A stretch of DNA of 45,555 nucleotides, from the UHGV virus genome UHGV-2198558. One strand, 5' to 3'. Position 1 is the stretch's first letter; each line of letters starts with the position of its first letter. Positions 26,722 to 35,899 of the stretch are shown in pieces. Below the pieces are notes generated by a model. It made no database searches, was not told the origin of the DNA, and saw only the letters and a program-made list of their open reading frames with translations. Source of the DNA: a virus. The position numbers and the translations under genes were made by a program.

Positions 26722-27185
26722 ATTACTGCGGTCTGAATAAAAACGATATTGCCAACGGTGAAGGTGTGCGTGTGTCGCTGTTCGTGTCCGGATGCCGGAA
26801 TCACTGCATCGGCTGTCACAATCCCGAAGCATGGGATTTCGGCTACGGTCAGCCGTTTACCAAAGAAACCGAAAAAGAGATCATCGAAGCCCTGCGTCCT
26901 TCTTGGATACAGGGCATTTCTATACTCGGCGGTGAACCCTGCGAGGAGGAAAACGAGCGTGTTCTGATACCGTTTCTGAAACGGATAAAACTTGAGTCTC
27001 CGAATTCGGACACTTGGCTGTTCTCCGGATACACCTACGAAATGCTTCAGAATGATGAGATTCTCAAATACATTGATGTGCTTGTGGACGGGCCGTTCCT
27101 GATGGAACAGAAGAACATCTCCCTTGCATTCCGGGGCAGTCGGAATCAACGAATCCTCCGATTAAGAAATGGGGTGCGTGTATGA
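26718..27185 (+). CDS. nrdG: Anaerobic RNR activating protein (radical SAM)
   Basis: CRNHCIGCHN (CxxxCxxC) near the N-terminus; GTG start overlapping the nrdD stop. Confidence 0.82.
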   Translation: MNYCGLNKNDIANGEGVRVSLFVSGCRNHCIGCHNPEAWDFGYGQPFTKETEKEIIEALRPSWIQGISILGGEPCEEENERVLIPFLKRIKLESPNSDTWLFSGYTYEMLQNDEILKYIDVLVDGPFLMEQKNISLAFRGSRNQRILRLRNGVRV

Positions 27186-27499
27186 GAGCCAGACTGAAAC
27201 CGCCGGGAGATGCTGTCCGCTGCGATGCCTGCGGATGTGCCTTTGTGCCGGAGCCGAAAATGCAGCGTGAGGGAGAGATCGAATACAGCTTCCTCAACTG
27301 TGATTACTGTGGCAAAGCGTATATCGTGTCTGTGACCGATGCCGCACTCCGCCGGAGCATCCGCAAGTACCGGACGCTTGCCGAAAAGCTGAAGGGCAAG
27401 CCGTTGAGTGAAGATACGCTCCGTGAGGTCACGGCGCTGAAGGATGCGAACACAAAAAGAGCCGCAGAGCTGCGGCAGATGTATATTCGGGAGGGATGA
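27182..27499 (+). CDS. Hypothetical zinc-ribbon protein
   Basis: CDACGC...CDYCGK; ATG overlaps the nrdG stop. Confidence 0.5.
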   Translation: MRARLKPPGDAVRCDACGCAFVPEPKMQREGEIEYSFLNCDYCGKAYIVSVTDAALRRSIRKYRTLAEKLKGKPLSEDTLREVTALKDANTKRAAELRQMYIREG

Positions 27500-27500
27500 G

Positions 27501-28772
27501 ATGAAAACAGCAGAACTTCGCATGATCCCTGTCTCGGAGCTGAAGCCTGCGGAATACAATCCGCGTAAAAAGCTGAAGCCCGGCGACAAGGAATACGAGA
27601 AGATCAAAAACAGCATCGAGGAATTCGGCTTTGCCGACCCGCTTGTTGTCAACGCCGACATGACGATCATCGGCGGACACCAGAGACTGACCGTAGCAAC
27701 GGCGCTCGGTTACACGGAAGTTCCGTGTGCGGTGGTGGACATCGACAAAGTCCGTGAGAAGGCACTGAACATTGCGCTGAATAAGATCACGGGTGCATGG
27801 GACGAGAATCTTCTGGCGGAACTTCTCGAAGATATCCAGAGCAGCGATTTCGACCTCGGCAAGACCGGCTTTGATCCGCCGGAGATCGAGCAGCTTTTCA
27901 ATGCCGTTCATGACAAGCAGGTCAGTGAGGACAGCTTCGATGTGGAGGAGGAGCTGCAAAAGCCGACATTCTCGCAGCCGGGAGATATCTGGATTCTCGG
28001 CAGGCACAAAGTCATCTGCGGCGATAGTACAATCGCAGAGACATACACCAAGCTGATGGACGGGCAGAAGGCAAACCTCGTCCTGACCGATCCTCCGTAC
28101 AATGTGGATGTTGAGGAAACTGCCGGAAAGATCATGAATGACAACATGAGCGACAGTGATTTCTATAGCTTCCTGCTTTCCGCTTACAAGTGTATGTATG
28201 ACAGTCTTGCCGATGACGGCAGCATTTATGTATGGCACGCCGACACCGAGGGGCTGAACTTCCGCAGAGCGTTCAAGGAGGCAGGCTTCCAGCTTTCTGG
28301 CTGCTGTATCTGGAAGAAGAATTCTCTGGTGCTGGGCAGAAGCCCCTATCAGTGGATTCATGAGCCGTGTCTCTTCGGGTGGAAACAGAAGGGCAAGCAT
28401 CAGTGGTATGCCGACCGCAAGCAGACAACTGTATGGGAGTATGACAAGCCCAAGAGCAGCCCCGATCATCCGACCACAAAGCCTATCCCGCTGATGGCGT
28501 ACCCGATCAAGAACAGCACCATGACCAACGGCATCGTTCTCGATCCGTTCCTCGGCAGCGGTTCGACACTGATCGCCTGTTGCGAGACAGACCGTGTTTG
28601 TCGGGGCATCGAGCTTGATCCGAAGTTCGTGGATGTCATTGTCAAGAGGTATCTGGCATGGTGCCAAGAGAAGCAGACCGCCGAGGTCGCATATGTCATT
28701 CGTGATGGACAGAAGCTCACCTATGAGGAGGCTATCGCAGCGATGCCGCAGGGCGGTGATGCAGTTGAGTGA
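27501..28772 (+). CDS. ParB-like nuclease domain fused to a DNA methyltransferase (N6-adenine/N4-cytosine class)
   Basis: N-terminal ParB-like segment (PAEYNPR...IIGGHQR); methyltransferase motif IV TDPPY and motif I DPFLGSGST; GGGAGGG RBS. Confidence 0.82.
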   Translation: MKTAELRMIPVSELKPAEYNPRKKLKPGDKEYEKIKNSIEEFGFADPLVVNADMTIIGGHQRLTVATALGYTEVPCAVVDIDKVREKALNIALNKITGAWDENLLAELLEDIQSSDFDLGKTGFDPPEIEQLFNAVHDKQVSEDSFDVEEELQKPTFSQPGDIWILGRHKVICGDSTIAETYTKLMDGQKANLVLTDPPYNVDVEETAGKIMNDNMSDSDFYSFLLSAYKCMYDSLADDGSIYVWHADTEGLNFRRAFKEAGFQLSGCCIWKKNSLVLGRSPYQWIHEPCLFGWKQKGKHQWYADRKQTTVWEYDKPKSSPDHPTTKPIPLMAYPIKNSTMTNGIVLDPFLGSGSTLIACCETDRVCRGIELDPKFVDVIVKRYLAWCQEKQTAEVAYVIRDGQKLTYEEAIAAMPQGGDAVE

Positions 28773-29544
28773 TGTGAAGTGTGTATTATATCACGACAAC
28801 TTCCAAAACTTCAAAGGCTACAGCATCCCGAAAGCGCAGCTCGTCATCGCTGACATCCCGTACAACATCGGCGGCGATTTTTACGCAAGCCGCCCCGACT
28901 GGTATGTGGACGGTGACAATCAGAACGGCGAAAGCAGCAAAGCACATAAGGCGGCATTCCATACAGATTACAGCTTTAACATTGCTGAATACTTCGCCTT
29001 CTGCAACCGACTGCTCAAAAAAGAGCCGCCAAAAGGTGAAAAGGATGCGCCGTGCATGATCGTGTTCTGTGCCTTTCAGCAGATACCGGAAGTCATCCGG
29101 CAGGCGGAGAAATACGGCTTCAAGAAGTATCAGTTTTTGTGTTTTATGAAGAATTACAGTCCGCAGGTGTTGAAGGCGAACATGAGGATCGTGGGCGCAA
29201 CGGAATACGCTCTGGTGCTGTACCGGGGCAAGCTGCCGAAATTCCGAAACACGGATGAGAATGGCAAACACCACATGATCTTCGACCATTTTGACTGGAT
29301 GCGGGACGGCAAGGATATCCCGAAGATACATCCTTCGCAGAAGCCGGTAAATCTCCTGAAACGGCTGATCGGGATATTTACCGACGAGGGTGATGTGGTC
29401 ATCGATCCCTGCGCCGGTTCCGGCTCAACGCTGCGTGCGGCGAGGGAGCTTGGCAGACACAGCTACGGCTTTGAAGTCAGCCGGGATTTTTATAATAAAG
29501 CCTGTGAACTGATGCTTGGGGAGGATACCGATGACGAAGCATGA
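28759..29544 (+). CDS. Second DNA methyltransferase (N6-adenine/N4-cytosine class)
   Basis: ADIPYNIG (DPPY-like) and IDPCAGSGST (motif I); start overlaps the previous gene. Confidence 0.72.
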   Translation: MQLSDVKCVLYHDNFQNFKGYSIPKAQLVIADIPYNIGGDFYASRPDWYVDGDNQNGESSKAHKAAFHTDYSFNIAEYFAFCNRLLKKEPPKGEKDAPCMIVFCAFQQIPEVIRQAEKYGFKKYQFLCFMKNYSPQVLKANMRIVGATEYALVLYRGKLPKFRNTDENGKHHMIFDHFDWMRDGKDIPKIHPSQKPVNLLKRLIGIFTDEGDVVIDPCAGSGSTLRAARELGRHSYGFEVSRDFYNKACELMLGEDTDDEA

Positions 29545-29776
29545 ATGTGCGGTCGTGACCGCTTACACAGAGATTTCTATGCTCAAGGGCGACGATCTGA
29601 AATATCTGTATGACTATCTTTCCGGCTTTATCGGCAGACCGGTGTATACACACGAGATTTCTGCTGTGGTGATGGCTTACAGAGAGCAGATCAGGGAGGA
29701 CTTCCTCGATCTGTGCAGGAACGCAAAGGAGGCGGATGATGGATCAGAAACACTTGACTCTCGGCAGCTTATTTGA
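29531..29776 (+). CDS. Hypothetical small protein
   Basis: GGGGAGGA RBS before ATG 29531; overlaps flanking methyltransferase genes. Confidence 0.4.
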   Translation: MTKHECAVVTAYTEISMLKGDDLKYLYDYLSGFIGRPVYTHEISAVVMAYREQIREDFLDLCRNAKEADDGSETLDSRQLI

Positions 29777-32339
29777 CGGCTCCGGTGGCTTTCCGCTTGG
29801 CGGCATCCTTGCAGGGATCGAGCCGAAGTGGAGCAGCGAAATTGAACCATTCCCGGTGCTTGTCACGCACAAGCGGCTGCCGCAGGTGAAGCACTACGGC
29901 GATGTATCCAAACTGAACGGAGCAGAGCTTCCGCCGGTGGATATCATCACCTTCGGCAGCCCGTGTCAGGATCTGTCCATAGCGGGCAAGCGCGCCGGAA
30001 TCCATGACGGTGATCGGTCAAACCTGTTCTTTCAGGCGATCCGCATCATCAAAGAAATGAGGGATGCAACAAATGGACGATATCCGCGATACTGCGTCTG
30101 GGAAAATGTCCCCGGCGCTTTCTCATCCAACGGAGGAAACGACTTCAAGGCTGTCCTCGAAGCAGTTATCGGAGTTAAAGAAAAAGGGATCGAGGTGCCT
30201 GCGCCTGAAAATCACAGATGGGCAAAATCAGACGTATATCTGGGAGACGGATGGAGCGTGGCTTACCGAGTTTTCGATGCTCAATACTGGGGTGTCCCCC
30301 AACGCAGAGCAAGAATCTACCTTGTCGCAGATCTTGCTGGTGGAAGTGCCGGAGAAGTATTATTTAAGTCCGAAGGCGTGTCTGGGTATACTCCGCAGGG
30401 CTTCCGTGCGTGGCAAGGAGCTGCCGGAGGTGCTGAAGAAGGCACTGGAGAGACAGGCGGGCGGTCTGACGCTGGAGGTGGAACCCTCTGCCTGAATACA
30501 CAGGGCAACAGCGGCGTCGGCATCACCGAGAACAAGGCTCTCGCACTGGTCGCACAGGATCATGGCAATCATCCGGCTGTGCTTCATGCGGTCGGTATCG
30601 ACGGCTACAATGCTGCGGTCACCGATGATACGGCAGCAACGCTTGGTGTGAACTGCGGAATGTCCACAGGCAGAAACGGTGTCCTGCAGGCGGCGGGATT
30701 TTCCACAGAACACAGTGCAAAAGCAAGGAGCATCGGCTACGAGGAAGAGGTATCTCCCACACTTCGAGCCGGTGTTGTTCCGGCGGCAATGGAGTTATAT
30801 GAAAATCATGGGCAGGACAGCAGATTCAGAGGACCTTTGGATGTAGCACAGCCTGTGACTGCTACCTACGGCATGGGCGGCAACAATCAGCCGCTTGTGG
30901 TAGAGAACAATCCCACGGACGGCAGAGCGAAGATCAATCCCGACGGTGTGTTTCAGACGCTCTGCGGACGAGCCGGAACAGGCGGAAACAACACGCCGCT
31001 TGTTGCTGAACCGGTCACGCTGAAAATCAGGTCGGGATGTGAGGGCGGTGGCAAGGGTGCTTTATGGCAGACCGACAAGTCTGCTACGCTCGGCACAAAC
31101 AATGACCAGAGTGTATTTGTTCCGTTCGTCAAGGGAACACGTCCGCACTCTGCTGAAGAGGGGCAAACATGGAAACCCGGCGAGGTCGCCAATACACTGA
31201 ATACCTTTGATGTCGGTGAAAGTCGCTGCAATGAACTTGTGGTGGAAGAGCCGCAGATCAGGGCTTTCGGTGTATGCAGCAAGCATTCCAATGCGATGAT
31301 GTCCGACAATCCGCACAGCGGATTCTATGAGGCGACCACAAGCAGAACGCTCGACCAAAGTGGTGGAAATTCTGTGACATCGAATCAGGGCGGCATCTGC
31401 GTGGTAGCACCTGCGCCTGAAACCTTCGATGTGCGTTTCACATCAGACGGTACAAAAAACGCTCGTGGGCATTGCTATCCGACAGACATCTCCCGATGCC
31501 TTGATACGAGCGAGGGATCGCCAGACTCGAATCACGGCGGTGTCGCTGTGGTGGCTCTTGAACCGGGGGCTGCATCACGTGTCGGCGGTCATGTATACAG
31601 TGACGGCAAAAGCGGTACGCTTCGAGCCAATGCCGGCGATAATCAGCAGGCTGTTGTGGTCGCCGAGCCGGAGACCTATGCTCTGCAAGGCTCGATGATC
31701 GGTCGTGCCGACAAGAACGGTCCGCAGGGTGATGGCATCAACGAGGATGTGTGCTTTACGCTCAATACATCGGACAGACACGCCATTGCCGCACCTGATC
31801 CGTCCTTCACAATTTCCCGCGACAACCATTTTGCCGTTTCGGAGGATGTATCCGTTACAGCCGTGGCAAGAGGCCCTGCGGCAGTCGCAGCACCGGCAGA
31901 CCACTATTGCACCAGTAAGAATTCGCATCATACGGTCGCCGCCCATGAGCAGGCAAACACGCTGGTCGCTTCCGACTGGAAGGATCCGCCGCTTGTGAAC
32001 GACCTTCCGAATGACGAGCCAGTATATATCGTTCGCCGCTTGACTCCGGTTGAGTGCGCCAGATTGCAGGGATTCCCTGACTGGTGGTGTGCCGACCTTG
32101 CAATTACTGATCCTTCCGATGAGGAGATCGCCTTCTGGACGGAGGTCTGGGAGACATGGCGGCAGGTCACAAATCCCAAGGGCAAGCCGAAAACGGAAAA
32201 GCAGATCCGCAAATGGCTGGCTGATCCGTACACGGATTCAGCGGAGTACAAGCTGTGGGGCAACGGTGTCTCAGAGCCGGTCGTATACTTCGTGCTTTCC
32301 GGCATCGCATGGGCAGCGCAGAGAGATACACAAAAGTGA
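29736..32339 (+). CDS. C5-cytosine DNA methyltransferase with an unusually long, repetitive target-recognition region
   Basis: Motif I LFDGSGGF, motif IV GSPCQDLSIAGKR, motif VI ENVPGA, motif X RRLTPVECARLQGFPDWW; about 550 aa between motifs VIII and IX with at least 8 TL-type motifs; 867 aa. Confidence 0.85.
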   Translation: MMDQKHLTLGSLFDGSGGFPLGGILAGIEPKWSSEIEPFPVLVTHKRLPQVKHYGDVSKLNGAELPPVDIITFGSPCQDLSIAGKRAGIHDGDRSNLFFQAIRIIKEMRDATNGRYPRYCVWENVPGAFSSNGGNDFKAVLEAVIGVKEKGIEVPAPENHRWAKSDVYLGDGWSVAYRVFDAQYWGVPQRRARIYLVADLAGGSAGEVLFKSEGVSGYTPQGFRAWQGAAGGAEEGTGETGGRSDAGGGTLCLNTQGNSGVGITENKALALVAQDHGNHPAVLHAVGIDGYNAAVTDDTAATLGVNCGMSTGRNGVLQAAGFSTEHSAKARSIGYEEEVSPTLRAGVVPAAMELYENHGQDSRFRGPLDVAQPVTATYGMGGNNQPLVVENNPTDGRAKINPDGVFQTLCGRAGTGGNNTPLVAEPVTLKIRSGCEGGGKGALWQTDKSATLGTNNDQSVFVPFVKGTRPHSAEEGQTWKPGEVANTLNTFDVGESRCNELVVEEPQIRAFGVCSKHSNAMMSDNPHSGFYEATTSRTLDQSGGNSVTSNQGGICVVAPAPETFDVRFTSDGTKNARGHCYPTDISRCLDTSEGSPDSNHGGVAVVALEPGAASRVGGHVYSDGKSGTLRANAGDNQQAVVVAEPETYALQGSMIGRADKNGPQGDGINEDVCFTLNTSDRHAIAAPDPSFTISRDNHFAVSEDVSVTAVARGPAAVAAPADHYCTSKNSHHTVAAHEQANTLVASDWKDPPLVNDLPNDEPVYIVRRLTPVECARLQGFPDWWCADLAITDPSDEEIAFWTEVWETWRQVTNPKGKPKTEKQIRKWLADPYTDSAEYKLWGNGVSEPVVYFVLSGIAWAAQRDTQK

Positions 32340-32416
32340 ACGCATAACGTGCCCGTTTTGAAACGATGAAACGAAAACTCCCGAATCTGCGTTACTTTGA
32401 TTTCGCAAAGATACAC

Positions 32417-32599
32417 TCATTCAGATTTCTTGTCTCCGCCAAGCTCGATCTTTCCGTGCTTTTCCTCATATTTTTCAATGCAGTCACGGATCAGGATCAG
32501 AACCTGACTGTTGGCAGAACGACCTTCGTAATCGGCAACAACGTGAAGTTTATCAAGCATCTCCTGTTCGATACGGATGGATACACTTTTAATAGCCAT
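32417..32599 (-). CDS. Ribbon-helix-helix (CopG/Arc-like) DNA-binding protein
   Basis: MAIKSVSIRIEQEMLDKL... beta-strand then helix pattern; AAGGA RBS; the only minus-strand gene in the 35-kb plus-strand block. Confidence 0.55.
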   Translation of the reverse strand: MAIKSVSIRIEQEMLDKLHVVADYEGRSANSQVLILIRDCIEKYEEKHGKIELGGDKKSE

Positions 32600-32712
32600 A
32601 AAACAACTTCCTTTCAGATATATTATGACTTTATTTTAGACCTGTTTTGTGGTATAATGTTTGAAATGGATATAAAGTGTATCTAAAATATATCTATAAG
32701 AAGTTGTACGAT

Positions 32713-33051
32713 ATGAAAATAGCAATTATTGGCTCACGGGGACTTCATGTGAATGACCTTGAACGGTATCTTCCGGAAGATGTCACAGAAATCGTCAGCG
32801 GAGGAGCAAGGGGCATTGATTCGGATGCGCGGGCATACGCACAGGCACACGGCATTCCGCTGAAGGAGTTTCTGCCGGATTATGAACGCTTCGGCAGGAG
32901 CGCCCCGCTGAAACGGAATCTTGAGATCATCGCTTATGCCGATGTGGTGCTTGCATTCTGGGACGGACAGTCACGCGGCACGAAATATGTGATAGACCAT
33001 TGCCGGGAACAGCACGTTCCGGTCAGGGTTTTCGCACCGAGAAAGAAATAG
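32713..33051 (+). CDS. SLOG/DprA-like Rossmann-fold protein
   Basis: IAIIGSRG...VSGGARGIDSDARAYA...ADVVLAFWDGQSRGT pattern; start uncertain (ATG 32713 or GTG 32677). Confidence 0.5.
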   Translation: MKIAIIGSRGLHVNDLERYLPEDVTEIVSGGARGIDSDARAYAQAHGIPLKEFLPDYERFGRSAPLKRNLEIIAYADVVLAFWDGQSRGTKYVIDHCREQHVPVRVFAPRKK

Positions 33052-33186
33052 TAATAAAGAAGCCATGCAGCAAATTGTGAACATTCTGATACTAAATCAG
33101 ATGTTCTGCCGCAGGGCTTCTTTCTATTCTGTACTATGCACAATCTAAAGGGCAGACACGCCCCGTACATTCTCCGTTTTACAGTC

Positions 33187-33215
33187 TTGCATTCCGGGGC
33201 AAAAGACGGTAATAT
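33187..33215 (+). promoter_or_regulatory. Cassette promoter 1
   Basis: TTGCAT, 17-nt spacer, TAATAT, followed by GTGAC leader. Confidence 0.5.
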
Positions 33216-33283
33216 GTGACTACGAAAACGCCGCAGCCCAACGCACAAGGCTGAGGGGCGGCAGTAAAAACGGAGGTAATCAT

Positions 33284-34192
33284 ATGGAAATCAAGTTCAA
33301 TATTGAAAAGAGCCAGCGCAAGGCACTGGCACAGAAAATCGGCGAGCTGACAGGAGCAGAGGTCAAGTACCTCGGTGTACCGGGCTGCAGATACCAGATC
33401 GACTTCTTCACCCTGGACAAAAACGCAGTCCTCAGTTTCAGCGACCGCATCGACACAGATATCGTGGAGAAGGTACTGAATGGGCTTGCAGAGGCAGGAT
33501 ATGAAAGCAAAACAGTAGCACCGCCGGAAGAAACGGATGCTTCGGCTGAATCAGAGCCGGATATCCCTGACGAACCGAGCAGCGGATTTCCGCTGCTCGC
33601 AAGCATCAGCTTCCCGATTGCAGAGCACACGGTGCAGAGCCTTACAAACCTTATCTGCATGATCCACTCCCGCGGCGCACTTCTCAGCAAGGCGACCGGC
33701 GGACAGTTCTTCGCAGACAAGAGCCTCGCCGATGCGATCCTCGATGACAAGACCTTCCGCAGCATCCACGAGCTTATCGCCTACATCAGAGTATGGGAGG
33801 AAACGAATCCCGAACTGAAGGGCATCCGTTTCGCCGATGACAAGCTGATCTTTGACGGCTTCGGTGCAGCGCAGGATGCCGAAACGGTGCAGACCTTCAC
33901 CAAGCTCGCCACAGCCATGAACAGGATGGCGATCACGCAGAAACGTGTGCAGGCAAAGGATGTCGATGACAGCAACGAAAAGTACGCACTCCGCATCTGG
34001 CTGATCCGCCTTGGGCTGAACGGCGCAGACTGCAAGGTTGACCGCAAGCGCCTCATGGCTCCGCTTTCCGGACACACCGCATTCCGCAACGATGCGGAGC
34101 GTGTGCGCTGGGAGGCAAAGCAAAAGGCAAAGCGTGATGCTGCCAGAACCGAACTGACCGAGGAGGATGAAAACGATGCAGTTTCCGAATGA
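33284..34192 (+). CDS. Hypothetical protein sharing a C-terminal module with the amidoligase
   Basis: CGGAGG RBS; C-terminus KYALRIWLIRLGLNGADCKVDRKRLMAPLSGHTAFRN aligns with the amidoligase C-terminus. Confidence 0.6.
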   Translation: MEIKFNIEKSQRKALAQKIGELTGAEVKYLGVPGCRYQIDFFTLDKNAVLSFSDRIDTDIVEKVLNGLAEAGYESKTVAPPEETDASAESEPDIPDEPSSGFPLLASISFPIAEHTVQSLTNLICMIHSRGALLSKATGGQFFADKSLADAILDDKTFRSIHELIAYIRVWEETNPELKGIRFADDKLIFDGFGAAQDAETVQTFTKLATAMNRMAITQKRVQAKDVDDSNEKYALRIWLIRLGLNGADCKVDRKRLMAPLSGHTAFRNDAERVRWEAKQKAKRDAARTELTEEDENDAVSE

Positions 34193-34424
34193 AAGACAGC
34201 TCAGAGCCTTGCGGGAGCGTTATCCCGCAGGCACCCGCATCCGACTGAAGCATATGGATGACCCTTATGCACCCGTACCGCCCGGCACGGTCGGCGAGGT
34301 TCAGATGGTTGATGACGGCGGCAACATACACATGGTCTGGGAGAATGGCAGAACGCTCTCCCTTATAGACGGTGTCGATGATTTCCAGGTCATTTCTGAC
34401 CGCAATGGGGGCTCCGGAAAATAA
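34176..34424 (+). CDS. Small conserved protein (DUF4314-like by recall)
   Basis: GAGGAGG RBS 9 nt before ATG 34176; GTVGEVQMVDDGGNIHMVWENGRTLSLIDGVDDF. Confidence 0.45.
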   Translation: MQFPNERQLRALRERYPAGTRIRLKHMDDPYAPVPPGTVGEVQMVDDGGNIHMVWENGRTLSLIDGVDDFQVISDRNGGSGK

Positions 34425-34537
34425 GAGATCCTATTCCATTGTATCCGAGTATACCATAGAATTTCAAGTATATCAAGTGTACACATACACCAGATATGAG
34501 CAATGTATTTTCCTCGATATTCTGTGGTTTTAGCGGC

Positions 34538-34566
34538 TTGCTATATCCTCCGAAAGACGGTAATAT
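34538..34566 (+). promoter_or_regulatory. Cassette promoter 2
   Basis: TTGCTA, 17-nt spacer, TAATAT, then conserved leader GTGACACAACGGAAGGGCAAACGCCCACCGAAAA. Confidence 0.55.
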
Positions 34567-34621
34567 GTGACACAACGGAAGGGCAAACGCCCACCGAAAA
34601 ACCGAATCGGAGGATACCAAA

Positions 34622-35566
34622 ATGACTGAGAAAACCGCACAGCAGATCAACAGAATGAAGGAGCAGACCATCGGGGTTGAGATCGAGATGAACAACATCA
34701 CCCGCAAGGCTGCCGCAAAGCTCGCCGCCGACTTCTTCGGCACGAACCGCTACGAGGACACGGCCTGCCGCAACGGCTACGAAACCTACAGTGCTTGGGA
34801 CGCACAGGGACGCGAGTGGAAATTCCAGAAGGACGTCAGCATCGCAGGCCCCGACAGCGAAAAGTGCGAACTGGTCACACCGATCCTGCACTACGCAGAC
34901 ATCGAAACCCTGCAGGAGCTTGTGAGAAGGCTCAGAAAGGCAGGAGCGCGCAGTGATTACACGCGGGGATGTGGAGTCCACTGCCACATTGGAGCCCAGG
35001 GACACACACCGCAGAGCCTCAGAAACCTCGCAAACCTTATGGCAAGCCACGAAACCCTGATCGCCGAGGCAATCAGAGTAGACCAGAGCAGAATGCACCG
35101 CTACTGCAGAACAGTTGACCCGAGATTCCTTGAACAGCTCAACCGCAAAAAGCCCACCACGATGGCACAGCTTGCGGACATCTGGTACGGCGCACAGGGC
35201 TGCGAATACGGCAGAACCCACCACTACAACGACAGCCGCTATCACATGCTCAACCTCCACGCTACCTTCACCAAAGGCACGGTCGAGTTCAGACTTTTCC
35301 AGTTCGCACCGCCTTCCAACGGCAAGCAGAACGGGCTCCACGCAGGCAAGCTCAAGAGCTACATTCAGCTCTGCCTCGCAATGAGCCAGATGGCAAAGGA
35401 CCTGCGGAGCGCCAGCCCCAAGGAACAGCAGAAGGAAAACAAAAAGTTCGCCATGCGGACTTGGCTGATGAGAATGGGATTCATCGGGGATGAATTCGCA
35501 ACGGCGAGAGAGGTCCTCACTGAGAACCTTACGGGCGACAACAGCTTCCGCTTCGGCAGATCTTAA
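34622..35566 (+). CDS. Amidoligase_2-family enzyme (putative peptide/metabolite ligase)
   Basis: N-terminal GVEIE motif; 314 aa; immediately upstream of an AIG2-like cyclotransferase gene, the conserved neighbourhood I recall for this family in Firmicutes phages. Confidence 0.65.
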   Translation: MTEKTAQQINRMKEQTIGVEIEMNNITRKAAAKLAADFFGTNRYEDTACRNGYETYSAWDAQGREWKFQKDVSIAGPDSEKCELVTPILHYADIETLQELVRRLRKAGARSDYTRGCGVHCHIGAQGHTPQSLRNLANLMASHETLIAEAIRVDQSRMHRYCRTVDPRFLEQLNRKKPTTMAQLADIWYGAQGCEYGRTHHYNDSRYHMLNLHATFTKGTVEFRLFQFAPPSNGKQNGLHAGKLKSYIQLCLAMSQMAKDLRSASPKEQQKENKKFAMRTWLMRMGFIGDEFATAREVLTENLTGDNSFRFGRS

Positions 35567-35831
35567 AGGCCTGCCCTTCGGGGCGGAAGAACAAGCGGAA
35601 CGGCACGGCGGCGCACACAGCCGCCACGGTCTCGGCTCTCGCCTCGGTCGGTGCTTCTGCTTCGCAGAGGTTGCCACTGGCAACCCGCACCCCCGTGTGT
35701 GGCGGAAAGGGTATCCTCCGAATCGGTATCCCATCTCAGTCAACCGCGCCACACAGCGCAAATGTAGGCAAGGCATAAAATGCACAACATACGGCACAGA
35801 ATCGCCCTCGATGATCTGTTCATTTACCCGC

Positions 35832-35860
35832 TTGATAATGCCGCCGAAATGAGTTAACAT
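35832..35860 (+). promoter_or_regulatory. Cassette promoter 3 (diverged leader)
   Basis: TTGATA, 17-nt spacer, TAACAT. Confidence 0.45.
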
Positions 35861-35899
35861 AGCACTACCGCAAGGAAAAAACGCAAAGGAGAACATAGC

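Noticed and set aside
27429-28667. 412-aa minus-strand ORF antisense to the ParB-methyltransferase gene
   Set aside because: Shadow ORF: the plus-strand frame carries methyltransferase motifs I and IV and an RBS; the minus frame has no recognisable features.
32630-32659. Promoter upstream of the SLOG-like gene (tataat at 32653-32658)
   Set aside because: The -10 is good but the -35 is poor and the TG is misplaced; too uncertain to list as a feature.
34541-35896. 451-aa minus-strand ORF antisense to the amidoligase gene
   Set aside because: Arg/Ala/Pro-rich low-complexity translation typical of antisense frames in GC-rich coding DNA, no RBS, while the plus-strand gene has a promoter, leader, SD site and recognisable motif.
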